A stretch of DNA of 64,000 nt from Malacoraja senta (GCA_038087875.1 CM075989.1:3038001-3102000), one strand, 5' to 3'; shown: positions 24,036 through 35,541, counted from the first letter of the stretch. Notes: generated from the sequence alone by a model not told the origin. Program-made: numbers and translations.

Positions 24036-25038
24036 CAGCCCCGCTTGTCTTTTATAAAGCAAATTTCTATAACACCGCAAGCTCGTGTGACCGGCCGTAC
24101 TGAGATCACTCGGCCCCCGCGCAGCATCCGTGCGGCACTCCCGTGGCATAGGCTCGGCGCTCTCGCGGTTGACGTGCGGTCCCCTCTTCAGGCGACGCCG
24201 CGCTTCACCGCCAATGACCGCAACACCGTGATACAGAGCCTTGACAGGGGCACATTTCCTCCAATTGAAGTAGCCATGCTACACTGTTGCTATTCAGGTA
24301 CAATACGTGCTGTCCCATTACACAGTGTTCTCTGCTATGAGTGTTGTCTGCTATGGACTTAATTCTTTTACACACTGAGTAGTTATCCAGCAAAATGACT
24401 ATTACTAATTCTTATAATAATAGATTTATGCAGTTACCCAGCAAAATGACTACTACTAATTCTTATAATAATAGGTTTTTACTAATAACCAACATTTAGT
24501 GTTATTAGCAAACTAGAACATTTTAAGCCATATACCTGCTCTGCACACATATTTACTTAAATCATTGATAACAGTGAACAATACATTTTACTTCGGAGTC
24601 ACGTGAGTGACTGCGTGAAGAAGACCCCGTCCAGCCGCACACACGTCATATCGTCAGACGCATAGCGCAGCAACCGTGTGTGGAGGAGTAGAGCTCCTCC
24701 AAGCGGTAGGTAAAAAGCCTGAAGGTAAGTGAGTTTACCTTCGTTTTCAGGTCGCTTTCTTCAGAGAACTTGTAGTTATGCAACACAAGTTAGAATGGAG
24801 AAAGGACGTAAGGGGGCGTACCGCAGGTAAACTCGAGAAAGACCGCGGGTCTGCGAGTAGCGGGCGCCCGTTTGAGGAGTCGGTGGCAGCGAGGCCATCG
24901 ACTTTAGAAATGGTTAAAGAAATACCGTTGCAGCGCCATTAGGGCGCAAGACAGACAAAAGACCGGGTGGCCAGCAGACTCTGAGGAGTCAGACCGGAGG
25001 TTCCCCGCCTCAGGCAGACATTTTGTCTATTCGGGTCC

Positions 25039-25345
25039 GCGTTGGCCTACGGGAGAGCCAGTGCAGGGAGTACTTGGGAAGGTCCGGCTCAGCGTTGGCC
25101 TACAGGTGAGCCAGCGCGAGCAATGCCTGAATAAGGGCATTTTATGCGTTGGCCTACAGGAGAGCCAGCGCCAACAATGTCTGAAGGAAGACAGTATAGG
25201 CGTCGGCCTACAGGAGAGCCAGCGCCAGCAGCACCTGAAAGAGGGCTGCCTATGCGTTGGCCTACAGGAGAGCCCGCGCGGCGAGCACCTGGAAAAGGGT
25301 TTACTATGCGTAGGCCTATGGGAGAGCCAGCGCTAGAAACACCTG
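25039..25345 (+). repeat. Six 54-bp units with a conserved palindromic 26-bp core
   Basis: GCGTTGGCCTACAGGAGAGCCAGCGC recurs at 53-54 bp spacing; encodes (M/R)R(W/R)P(T/M)GEPA 18-aa repeats. Confidence 0.9.
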
Positions 25346-25751
25346 AAGCAGGATGCCAGTTCGCCCCCTCCATAGGGAGGATTATTTTAGGGGCAGCAAA
25401 GATTCAGATGACGAATCATATGAGGACCAGAGCCCAATAACAGAGCCTAAAGGACCAGGTCTGGCATAATATAAAATTTGTCGTTCCCAGACTGTCAGGG
25501 GAACCATTGGGAGATAAATTAGCAATGACAATAAATGACTTGCTCTCCCATCAGCTCCAGGTACTGACCATGGATGAGCTGTCAAAAAATATGAAACCCA
25601 CAGAATTGCACACTGCTAGCAGTCTCAGCGGTGAAAAAATGACAGAGGGTGTTGAAATTGCTGGTTCAGGCATTATGGCTTTGGCCAGAGGCTTGGATGG
25701 AGAGCATGTGTCTGCATCACAACAAGGTTGCCTTAGCACTCATGTGTAGTG

Positions 25752-26604
25752 GTGGGGCTCATCTCTGGGGGGGATGAGTACGCCTACAGGGATGAGGTGG
25801 AGCAGCTGACAGGGTGGTGTGGAGAAAATAACCTGCTCCTCAACACCTCAAAGACCAAGGAGCTCATAATTGACTACAGGAAGAAGAAAACGGACATTAC
25901 ACCACTAATCATCGATGGGGACTGTGTGGAAAGGGTGGCGGATTTCCGCTTCCTGGGAATCCACATTGAGGAGGATCTGACTTGGAGCGTGAACACCTCT
26001 GCGCTGCTGAAAAAGGTCCAGCAGAGACTGTACTTCCTGAGGGTGCTCAGGAAGAACAACATCACCCAGAGACTGCTGCTATCCTTTTATCGATGCTCAA
26101 TTGAGAGCATCTTAACATACTGTGTATGCGTGTGGTACACCAGCTGCACAGCGGCTAAGAGGAAAGCGCTCCAGAGGGCAATTGGCAACGCCCAGAAGAT
26201 TATCGGCTGCCCTCTCCTCACCTTGAAGGACCTACACAGTTCCCACTGTCTCAAAAAATCCAAGAAGATCATAAAGGACATTTTCCACCCCGGACACTCC
26301 CTGTTTGTACTGCTGCCGTCAGGCAGACGGTACAGATCAATGAGGACAAGGACAAACAGACTCAAAAACAGTTTTTATCCCACAGCAATAACTACACTTA
26401 ATGTAGCCACCAAATGAGTACAGGTGCGTTACACACCAAAGGGACTGTGAAATAGACAGAAGAATGTGGGTTTTTTTTCATGTTATTTATTTTAGTTGTT
26501 TATCTTAGACTTTTGCTCTAAGAAAATGTGTGCACTGACTAGTTGGCATTTCTAATTTCGTTGTACATGTTATAATGACAATAAAGTATTAATTCATTCA
26601 TTCA
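25752..26604 (+). mobile_element. 5'-truncated Rex1/Babar LINE nested in DIRS copy 1
   Basis: ORF 25749-26417 is a Rex1 RT C-terminal half; TGACAATAAA plus (TTCA)n tail; TSD TAGTG (25747-25751, 26605-26609). Confidence 0.9.
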
Positions 26605-29600
26605 TAGTGCGCACTTTGAAATAAACTGTATTTGTAAAAGTGCTATAAGACCTAACATATACCCTAAGTTTGCGGGGCTCTGTAAACCATCTAATATTCA
26701 ATTGCCTAATCTGTTTTTTGGAAAGAATTTAGCCAAAAAGGGTAAAAAAACCTCGATGAAGCCACCGGTGCTTGGCAGATCAAATCGAAGGCAGTTTCCC
26801 TACCGACGTGTGGTGATCGGGGCCAATGAAGGATCAAATCGGTCCTTCCCATATTTGCGTTATTGGCGCACTGCTCCTGAGGTACGTGGAGGTTACAGTA
26901 TTCCCACTAAGATCAGGAGACAACAATTGCCATCGGCAAACCCCGAGGTAGGAGGGTCTGGTCCTGTAAGAGACATATTAATGTTTCACACTTACAAGTT
27001 GGGGAAGATTACTATTCTTCCTAAAAGAATGGCAATCTGATGCATTTATACTGTACAGTATTGTGGGGTTTAGAATTGAATTCTACACATATTTGGATCC
27101 TCCTACTCAGCATATTTCAAACCGGACACGTATTTTCTCAAAAGAAGAGAATATGCAGATTCAGGCAGAACTTGAACTATTGTGTAAAAAAGGGGTAATT
27201 GAGAAGTCAGTTCACCAACACCACCAATTTGTGTCGAGTATTTTCTTAGAGCAAATAAGGATGGTGGGTGTAGAATTATTCTAGATCTGACAAGTCTTAA
27301 CCTTTTTGTACAGTATAAAAAATATTTTTTAAATGGAGACATTTAACAATGCTATACAGCTAATTTCAAGAAAATGCTATATGGCTAACATAGATCTTCA
27401 AGATGCATATTACTGTGTGGCCGTACATGGTAATAATCATAGATATTAAAAATTTATCTGGATGAGTCAATTATGGCAATTTAAAGCATGTCTTATGGTT
27501 TAACCTCAGCTCTGAGACTATTTACCAAATTGTTAAAACCAATCTTAGCACTACTGTGGTAAAACCAATCTTAGCACTACATTTGGTAATGGCCTATTTG
27601 GATATATTTTGATTGTAGGAGACACTCGGGCTTCAACAGAAGCATCAGTGTCAAGAATCAAGCTCACTTTCGAGAGGCTGTGATTTATTATCCATCCAGA
27701 TAAGTCCAAACTATTACCAAGCACAGTAATTGATTACTTGGGTTTCACTATTAAATCAGAACACATGGTAGTGACTCCGCCCAAGGATAAAGGCTGCAGT
27801 TAATTGAAAGTTGTATTAAGCTCATTACACAACACCAACCCTCAATTAGGCAGGTAGCAAGTCTGCTTGGCAAACTAATTGCTCATTTCCAGCTGTACAG
27901 TTTGGACCGCTGCATTATCAGCATTTACAGCAAGCATAGGTACAGGCATTGATGATACATTGAGGGCATTTTGACAGGCCCATGTAATTGCCAGTTGCAG
28001 TTATTACTGAAATACTATGGTGGATCATGAGTGTCTCAAATGCTTCCAGAGAGATTCTGGTTGAAACCTTCCATTATTCTACAGACTGATTTAGTGCGCT
28101 AGGTTGGGGCGCTACTAATACTATTTCCAGCTTAGATGGAATGTGGAGAAAGTACCTTTGATCCAAGAGCTGAGAGCTTTTAGGAACATTTTATGGGCCT
28201 AAAGCTTATTGCTCTAATATGCAAAATGTGCATGTTTAGGTACAGATTGACAACACTACGGGATAGTAACGTATGTTAATCATTTGAGTGGTATTAAGTC
28301 AGAATCTTGTGATAGATTGGCTAACGTGATCTGGACCTGGTGTTTTACCAGAATATTTGGTTTAGGCAATCTACCTACCAGGTAGATTCAAAATAGTTGC
28401 AGACTCAAGGTCACGTAAATTCAATGACAATACAGAATGGAGGTTGGATTGTGACAAATTTAATAAAATTGTTGCACGGTTCGGGATGCCAGAGATTGAC
28501 TTGTTTGCATCCAGACTTAACCACCAATTACCTAAATATGTGTCATGGGAACCTGATCCTGGGGCAGTAGCGGTGGATTTTTCTCGCTGCATTGGGGTAG
28601 AAGGTTTTTGTATGCATTTCCTCCATTTTGCCTCATTTAGTCAGTGTATACAGAAGATCAAACAGGACTCCGCTTCGGGAGTATTGGTGGTACCAGATTG
28701 GCCTACACAACCATGGTACCCTCTGGTGTTAAAAATGATCACAAAGCCCTTATGATTTTTCCCAAACAAAATAAACCTGTTTGTGCACCCTATAACTGAT
28801 GATTCACATCCTTTACATAATCGTATTGGTTTGTTGGTTTGCAGATTCTAAGGAGTGCCATATCTTGGAAGAGGACTATCAGATCGTACTGTGGGTGTTA
28901 TTGCGGCAGCCTGGAGGATAGTACCCAGAAGCTGTACATTTCTTACATAAGGAAATGGGAGGTGTTTTGCTTAAGGCAGAATATTACATATCACACTGCA
29001 GACATCTCAGACGTGTTAGAGTTTTCTGTCAACTCTTTATTTTGATTGGTAGTTAAGCTATAGTGCTATCAATACTGCAAGGAGTGCCCTCTCTGCATAT
29101 CTATGGAGGGAATCAGAACAAAATCCTGTAGGGTCACACCCTTTGGTCTGTAGATTTATGAAGGGAATTTTCAATTCTAAGCCTCCTAGACACAGGTATA
29201 CAGAAATCTGGAATGTAAGAGATGTGCTAATGCTCCTTCGCCAATGGACTCCTATTGCAGCACTGTCCTTGGCCAAAATTACCATGAAGGTAGTCATGCT
29301 CAGGGCACTGGTTTCAGCACAGAGAGTGCAAACATTGCAGAAACTACGAACAGACATGATGTAAATAGCAGCAGATGCTATTACGTTCTATGTCTATGAT
29401 TTGCTTAAACAGAGTAGACCTGGAGTCACAGGATGTAAGTTGGGGTTTTCAGCATATCCTACGGATCCACGTCTATGTGTAGTATCACATTTACGATGTT
29501 ACATTAAAGCCACCAGAACCTTAGGAGGTGCAGTTTCAGCATTCTTTATCAGCCATAAATAACCGCATAAGAAAGTGTCGGTTCAGACTATTTCAAGATG

Positions 29601-30846
29601 GCTGAAGCAGGTGTTGGTTGATGCAGGTATTGATACTGACAAATTTAAATCTCATTCCATCAGGGCGGCATCAACATCGGCGACCAAGGATTTGGATGTC
29701 CCAATAGACCATATCCTCGCGGCCGCAGGATGGGCAAGTGAAAGGATGTTTCACAAGTATTACCATAAGGAGATTACAGAACCTGTGGTTATTTGGTGGT
29801 GCTGTTTTGGATTCAGTATTAAGTTTCCCCTTGTGATAAAGGGGTTACTATTGTTGTGATAAATTAACTATTAACTGATTGCATCTATGTTGTGGTTATG
29901 CATTGTTGATTGCTTTACTCATTTAGAGTCAATCAATGCAGTGAGACGCCTGGATTTGAATCTACAGCATGAAATCACAGAGCTTTAAAATCTTCACGCA
30001 GTCACTCACGTGACTCCGAAGTAAAATAGTAAGATTAAACGAGAACTTACCAGTTTGAAGTTTGATCTTTATTTTATGTGGAGTTACGATGAGGGACTAC
30101 GTGCCCTCCACTCCCACCCCTCATAAAGGTCAACTGGTAATTCTAGTCTTCATGTATCTTACTATCATACTTCAGTAATTATTATCTGTGATTTCACACT
30201 GCTGCTTTGAAGATTGACGCGTGTGCGGCTGGACGGGGTCTTCTTCACGTAGTCCCTCATCGTAACTCCTCATAAAATAAAGATCAAACTTCAAGCTGGT
30301 AAGTTCTCGTTTAATCTTACTATTAAATCCGCAAAGTCCAGCTTTTATTCGAGGAACTCACTGGTCCGACTTGACTGTCTCTGGACTCCAGTGCCTCAGC
30401 GGCCTCTCGGGCTGTCCTTATGTGCTGGCTTGCTGGCTTCACGGCCGGGGGCTGGCTGTGCTTGCGGCCGGGCTAGTTGTATCTCACTGGTGGGGCTGGC
30501 TGTGCTTGCGGCTGGGGCTGGCTGTGTCGCGCTGGCGGGGGCTGGCTGTCGGACACTCACCCGACGTCGGTGGCGGTTGCTGGACCTGGCCGTGGGCTGC
30601 ACGGCACTGGAAGTATTCCAGGTAATCAGGCACCGTCGCTGTCCTGCTGGTTGGGCTTCCAGCTTTAAGGAGCGCTCTTCGGTGACACTTACTGCCCCGC
30701 TTGTTTCCTTGCGCTCTTGCTTCCCGTTCCGACTTTTCTTATCTTTCTGCTTGGTGCCGTTCCAATTTGTGGCGCCAAATACAAATTCTTTTTCAACTTT
30801 TTTCTTTTTTCTTGGAAGTACTTGTTCTTTTCTTTTCTGTTCTTTG

Positions 30847-30859
30847 ATCCTCGTCGCCA
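30847..30859 (-). promoter_or_regulatory. Primer-binding site, tRNA-Ser(GCT)-like
   Basis: TGGCGACGAGGAT just inside the 5' LTR is complementary to the ...ATCCTCGTCG-CCA end of vertebrate tRNA-Ser(GCT). Confidence 0.8.
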
Positions 30860-31837
30860 ACTGTTGTGTATTTGGTGCTGGGAACAGACTTTAAATAATA
30901 CTCAGGCACGGGAATAAACTAACGAGCTTCTTTTATTCTGGACGCCACGAAGAATCTCTCCTGCGCATGCGTCAATTGCGCAAGACCTTAAATATGTTAA
31001 TCATATTTCATACACAACACCCAGTTGCTGTGTTGCCTGCACTGTGTGCACTGGATGGCGCCAAAATGGCTGCCTCGTCAACAGTCTGTCTGTCCTTTCC
31101 TTCTTTGTGTATGTTTTTTTGTGTTAAATGTATGTGTTTAGTGTTCTTTAGTAATCAATAATGTTTCATTGTTGATGTTTAATGTTTTATGTGTCAGTCC
31201 TAACTGTCACTGTATGTCATGTTGTCACTTGCGGGCCGAGCACCAAGGCAAATTCATTCATTCATTCATTCATTCTTTAGCTTGTTTAGTGGGGGGGGCG
31301 GGTAGTTGTGGGAAACTTTTTCTAATCTCGTACCTCGACGGAGATGCGACTTATTCTGTATTGTATCTCCGTCCGCACTGCGGTCTAACATCGTGGAGCT
31401 GGCGGCCTTTGCTGGAGATCGACCGCGAGCTCCATCGCGGACGCCTGCGGGACTTACCATCACGGAGCCCGCGATCCCTGTTAGGGGTCATCGTTGGAGC
31501 TCCAACCGTGGGAGCCTGCGAGACTTTAACATCGTGGAGCCCACGGTCTCTGGTCGAGACCGACTTCAGGGAGCTCCAATCTGCAGGAGCTTTCGACCGC
31601 CCCGACGTGGGACTTTCGACCGCCGGCTGTGGGAGCATCGATCATCCGGAGTGCAGATGGTTCGACTACCCCGACCGCGGGAGAATAAAGAAGAAGGAGA
31701 TTGGACTTTTTTGCCTTCCATCACAGTGAGGAATGTGGGGAATCCACTGTGGTGGATGCTTATGTTAACTTTTATGTAGTTGTGTGTCTTGTTACTTTTT
31801 TTAGTCTGGCTGTATGATATTCTGAATTTCACTGTAT

Positions 31838-32958
31838 TGTAGCTGGTGCCTGTGGGTAGTCGAACCCTGCGGTTGGCTACCTCGGTCATGTGACTGTGGG
31901 GAGGGGTTTTGTTTTTTGCGCGTTTTCTGGGCAAGCCCCATTCATTCTATCGACCACCGTTGTGGTAAGAGCGTTTGTATTTAGCTGCCGTATGATCTCC
32001 ATTGTTTTCACCGCTTTCACAATAAAGCTCGTTTGGAAACCAACTAACGTCTCGACTCGCTAAACTGGTGACCCCGACACGTCCAATTGATATTGGATGC
32101 CGAGATGCAGGACGATTCAGTTCCCGTCGCCATTCCCGACGCCCATCAGAGCCCCGTCATCCTCAAGCTGCCGGTGTTTTGGCCTGAGCAGCCACAAGTG
32201 TGGTTTGCACACGTGGAAGCGCAGTTCCACCTGCGCCGTATCGTCGTTGACGCGACAAAATATTTCCATGTCGTAGGGGCCCTGACGCAGGAGTCAGCCT
32301 CCCATCTGCTGCCTTTTCTGCAGAACCCACCCTTGACCGCCAAGTACGACGGCCTCAAGGCCCTCCTACTGCACACTTTCCGGCTCAGCCGCCGGAACCG
32401 CGCCGCCCGCATTTTACACATGGACGGTTCAGGAGATCGCAAGCCATCGGTCCTCAGGGCTGAGATGCTCACGTTAATGGACAGCCACCGCCCGTGCCTG
32501 CTATTCGAGCAGGCATTCCGAGAACAAATGCCAGACGATGTCCGCCTCATGCTCGCAGGTGCGGATTTCGCCGATCCTCTGCAGCTCGCCGAACGGGCCG
32601 ACGAACTCTGGCTAATGAAGCATCAAGATGGCGGCCCCATTAACCGCGTGTCTGCATCAGTGCACCCTTCGCCTCAGCGAGACTGCGACGAGGCCCCGCT
32701 CACGAACGCCAGCGCGGACCCACAGCAACGATCCGGGACTCGCGGTAGGCACCGTTGGTGTTTCTTTCACCTCCGCTGGGGCGTGGAGGCTCGACACTGC
32801 CACCAGCTCTGTACGTTACAGGGAAATGCCTCGGCCGATCGTCTGTAGAGGCGATCACGATCGGCCCAAGCAAACGCCTCTACGTACGCGACCGTCACTC
32901 CGGCCGTCGTTTCCTAGTGGACTCTGGTGCAATTCAACTATCATCTCGACTCGCTAAA
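31838..32958 (+). mobile_element. Gypsy (CsRN1-like) gag-only deletion derivative
   Basis: 5' LTR 31838-32064, PBS TGGTGACCCCGAC (tRNA-Trp-like) at 32066, gag, protease stub FLVDSGA, last 24 bp of the 3' LTR, 4-bp TSD GTAT. Confidence 0.85.
32087..32848 (+). CDS. Retrotransposon Gag-like protein (open frame, 253 aa)
   Basis: LKLPVFWPEQPQVWFAHVEAQF N-terminus and C-terminal CFFH...C...C zinc-binding motif typical of this Gypsy lineage. Confidence 0.8.
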   Translation: MILDAEMQDDSVPVAIPDAHQSPVILKLPVFWPEQPQVWFAHVEAQFHLRRIVVDATKYFHVVGALTQESASHLLPFLQNPPLTAKYDGLKALLLHTFRLSRRNRAARILHMDGSGDRKPSVLRAEMLTLMDSHRPCLLFEQAFREQMPDDVRLMLAGADFADPLQLAERADELWLMKHQDGGPINRVSASVHPSPQRDCDEAPLTNASADPQQRSGTRGRHRWCFFHLRWGVEARHCHQLCTLQGNASADRL

Positions 32959-33029
32959 GTATCTTAATTGGTTCACCTGACAATAAACTGACCTTGAAAC
33001 CTTGAATGCAACACTGACATTAGAATACA

Positions 33030-33372
33030 GGGTTTGCACGGTGGTGCAGCGTTTGAGTTGCTGCCTCACAGCACCAGCTCCCCGGGTCCCGGGTTCGATC
33101 CTGATTACAGGTGCTGTCTGTGCGGAGTTTGTACATTCTCCCCATGACCCGCGTGGGTATTCTCCGAGATCTTCTCTTTCTTCCCACACTCTCAAAGACA
33201 TACAGGTTTGTTGGTTTATTGGCTTGGTACGAGTGTAAATCGTCACTCTACAGAAACAAGCCCTTCGGCCCACTGAGTCCGCACCGACCAGCGATCCCCG
33301 CACATTAACACTATCCTACACACACGAGGGACAAGTTACACTCGTACCAAGCCACTAAACCTACAAACCTGC
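33030..33372. mobile_element. HE1-type SINE (+) fused tail-to-tail with a minus SINE 3' fragment
   Basis: Plus head and V-domain at 33030-33245, followed by a reverse-complement 3' end. Confidence 0.7.
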
Positions 33373-33704
33373 GGGTGGGTCAGGCAGCATCTCTGTAGAA
33401 AAGGAATGGGTGACGTTTCGGGTCGGAACCCTTTTTCAGCCTATCCAGCATTTTGTGCCTATCTTCAGTATAAACCAGCATATGCAGTTCCTTCCTACAT
33501 ATTGTGCTGAGGTCTTAATAGAAATAATATTCAGTAGTCCAGAAAATCTGACAATTAGGCACCAAAGCCCTGAGCACATGGGATTATCAGAGATTTACTG
33601 TGCACAGAATTTTATTTCATTTTTCTTCTAATATAAAATTGGCAAGAGAGTTATTAAGAGGAGAGTGTCAGTTTGAAGAAGAGTCCCAATGCAAAACATT
33701 CTGG

Positions 33705-33996
33705 TTTTTAGTTTAGTTTAGAGACAGCACAGAAATAGGCCCTTCGGCCCACCAAGTCTGCGTCGCCCAGCGATCATCGTACACTAACATTATCCTACAC
33801 ACTAGGCACGATTTACAATTTTACCGAAGCCAATTAACCTACAAACCGCAGTGTGGGAGGAAACCGGAGCACCCGGAGAAAACCCAAGCAGGTCACGGGG
33901 AGAACATACAAACTCCGTACAGACAGCACCCGTAGTCAGGATCGAACCTGGGTGTACCGCGCTACCAACTTTACCGCTGCGCCACCGTGCCACCCC
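33705..33996 (-). mobile_element. HE1/V-SINE-type SINE
   Basis: Full reverse complement including the (TTTAG)n tail. Confidence 0.85.
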
Positions 33997-34089
33997 TGGT
34001 GTTATGTGAGAGCGATATATAGAGCATCAAAATGGTACTTAAACCATTGAGTAGTTTTACCTGTGGAATTTGTATTGAGCAATAAAATG

Positions 34090-34675
34090 GAGACACAAGG
34101 AACTGCAGATACGAGTTTCAAAAAAGTCAGCGGGTCAGGCAGCATCTGTAGAGAGTAAGGAGGAGTGACCTTTCGCATCAGGACTCTTCAGACTGATAGT
34201 AGTTGAGGGGGGGGGGGAGAAAGCTGGAATAGAGGTGGGGGTGGAACAAAGCGTGGCGAGTGATAACTGGATAGAGGTACAGGGTTTTGAACGGCAGATG
34301 GGTAGACATAGGCCGGAGATGAAAATGAGATAAAAGGGTGCCAGATAAGGAGAGAAAATGTGAAACATAAGCCAGAGGGAGGGATGTAGTTGTAAGGGGA
34401 CAGGGGAAGGGGAAAGGGAGCCAGGATAGTGGGAGAAATTGGTGTGTACCCAGATAGAGCTCAGGAAAGAAAGGGTGAGGAAAATGGGGGGGGGGCTACC
34501 TAAAATTGGAGACCAATGTTCGTACTGTTGGGTTGTAAGCTACCCAAGTGGAATATGAGGTGCTGTTCCTCCAGTCTGTCTGTCTGTGGTCCCATTCTGG
34601 CAGTGGAGGAGCCCCAGGACAGAAAGGTCCATATGTGAATGGGAGGAGGAGTTAGCAACCGGGAGATTGGAGATG
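34090..34675 (-). mobile_element. Penelope-like element 3' fragment: GIY-YIG C-terminus plus 3' repeat
   Basis: Minus translation LPVA..NSSSHSHMDLSVLGLLHC...RLEEQHLIFHLGSLQP.STNI, then a pyrimidine-rich UTR and a degraded CTGAAGA...GAAAGGTC motif at about 34167-34191. Confidence 0.75.
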
Positions 34676-35541
34676 CTTGTTGGCGAGGTACCTAACCAAA
34701 AGTTCTTGCCCGAATGTACTGTACCTCACCTGAGTGGGTGATAATTTTGCCGAAAAGAATGCCAGAGGCTCCCACCTGCGTTGACTTGCTGCTCCACGAC
34801 GGCTCCCACGCCGTTAACGGAGGCATCAGTGGTGAGTGAAAATAAGGCATTGGGCCTCGTTTAATAAAATCTCCTCATTACTACTCGTGTGCAGATAAGG
34901 CCAATTATTCCGTCTGACCTCGGAGTTGTTCATCAGCTCTCGTCTCTCGACCCTCACGTCAGGCTGCTCGCTACAAGGCAGCGGGAACAAGCTGTACCTA
35001 AAAACCACGTGAGCATGAAGTCGCCACGGATACAGCGGACCTTGTCAGACCCAGTGCAGATGTAATAACCTGTTTGACCCAAGAAATGTGTAGGAAGGAA
35101 CTGCAGATGCTGGTTTACACCGAAGATAGACACAAAATACTGGAGTAACTCAGCGGGTCGGGCAGCATCTCTGGAGAAAGAGAATAGGTGATATTTCAGG
35201 TTGGAACACAGTTGAGTTTGAGTTGAGTTTAGTTTATTGTCACGTGTACCGAGGTACAGTGAAGAGCAATGAAAAGAAGGTTTCCGACTCAAAAAGTCAC
35301 CTATTCTTTTTCTCCAGAGATGCTGCCTGACCCGCTGAGTGTCTCTCTTCAGAGACAAGTTTGCTTTGCTACTTATGGATTAAGTGGTCACTTTATCAAT
35401 GACAAGTTCAGGTTCTGTTGGATGCAGATGAAACTTAGGGGACTTGCCCTAGAATCCTAGTTGACCTCCTTGTTTTTTGAAGGGCATTTTCTGGTCGGTC
35501 CTCGCATCGTGAAGGACTTTGTACAATGTGTTAAGAAATAT

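Larger units (their letters stand above)
24585..30324 (+). mobile_element. DIRS1-type tyrosine-recombinase retrotransposon, copy 1 (heavily decayed)
   Basis: Left end TTTTACTTCGGAGTCACGTGAGTGAC; ICR at 29991-30103 is complementary to both ends; right inverted repeat at about 30215-30324; remnants of RT, RNase H, methyltransferase-like domain (EIDLFASRLN) and YR (KSHSIR, AGW). Confidence 0.92.
18797..31019 (-). mobile_element. Gypsy (Mag-like) LTR retrotransposon, decayed, with nested insertions
   Basis: 158-bp LTRs TGTTG...CAACA at 18797-18954 and 30862-31019 (about 11 mismatches by eye); 5-bp TSD CCCAG; gag-PR-RT-RH-IN order. Confidence 0.93.
31280..33008 (+). mobile_element. GC-rich hairpin-family retroposon, interrupted by an LTR element
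   Basis: Stem CCATCACAGTG...CACTGTGGTGG at about 31718-31755; the 3' tail TGACAATAAACTGACCTTGAAACCTTGA resumes after 32962. Confidence 0.6.

Noticed and set aside
25039..25345. CRISPR array
   Set aside because: Eukaryotic retroelement context, no cas genes, linkers are related to each other and the period preserves the reading frame. Kept only as a structured tandem repeat.
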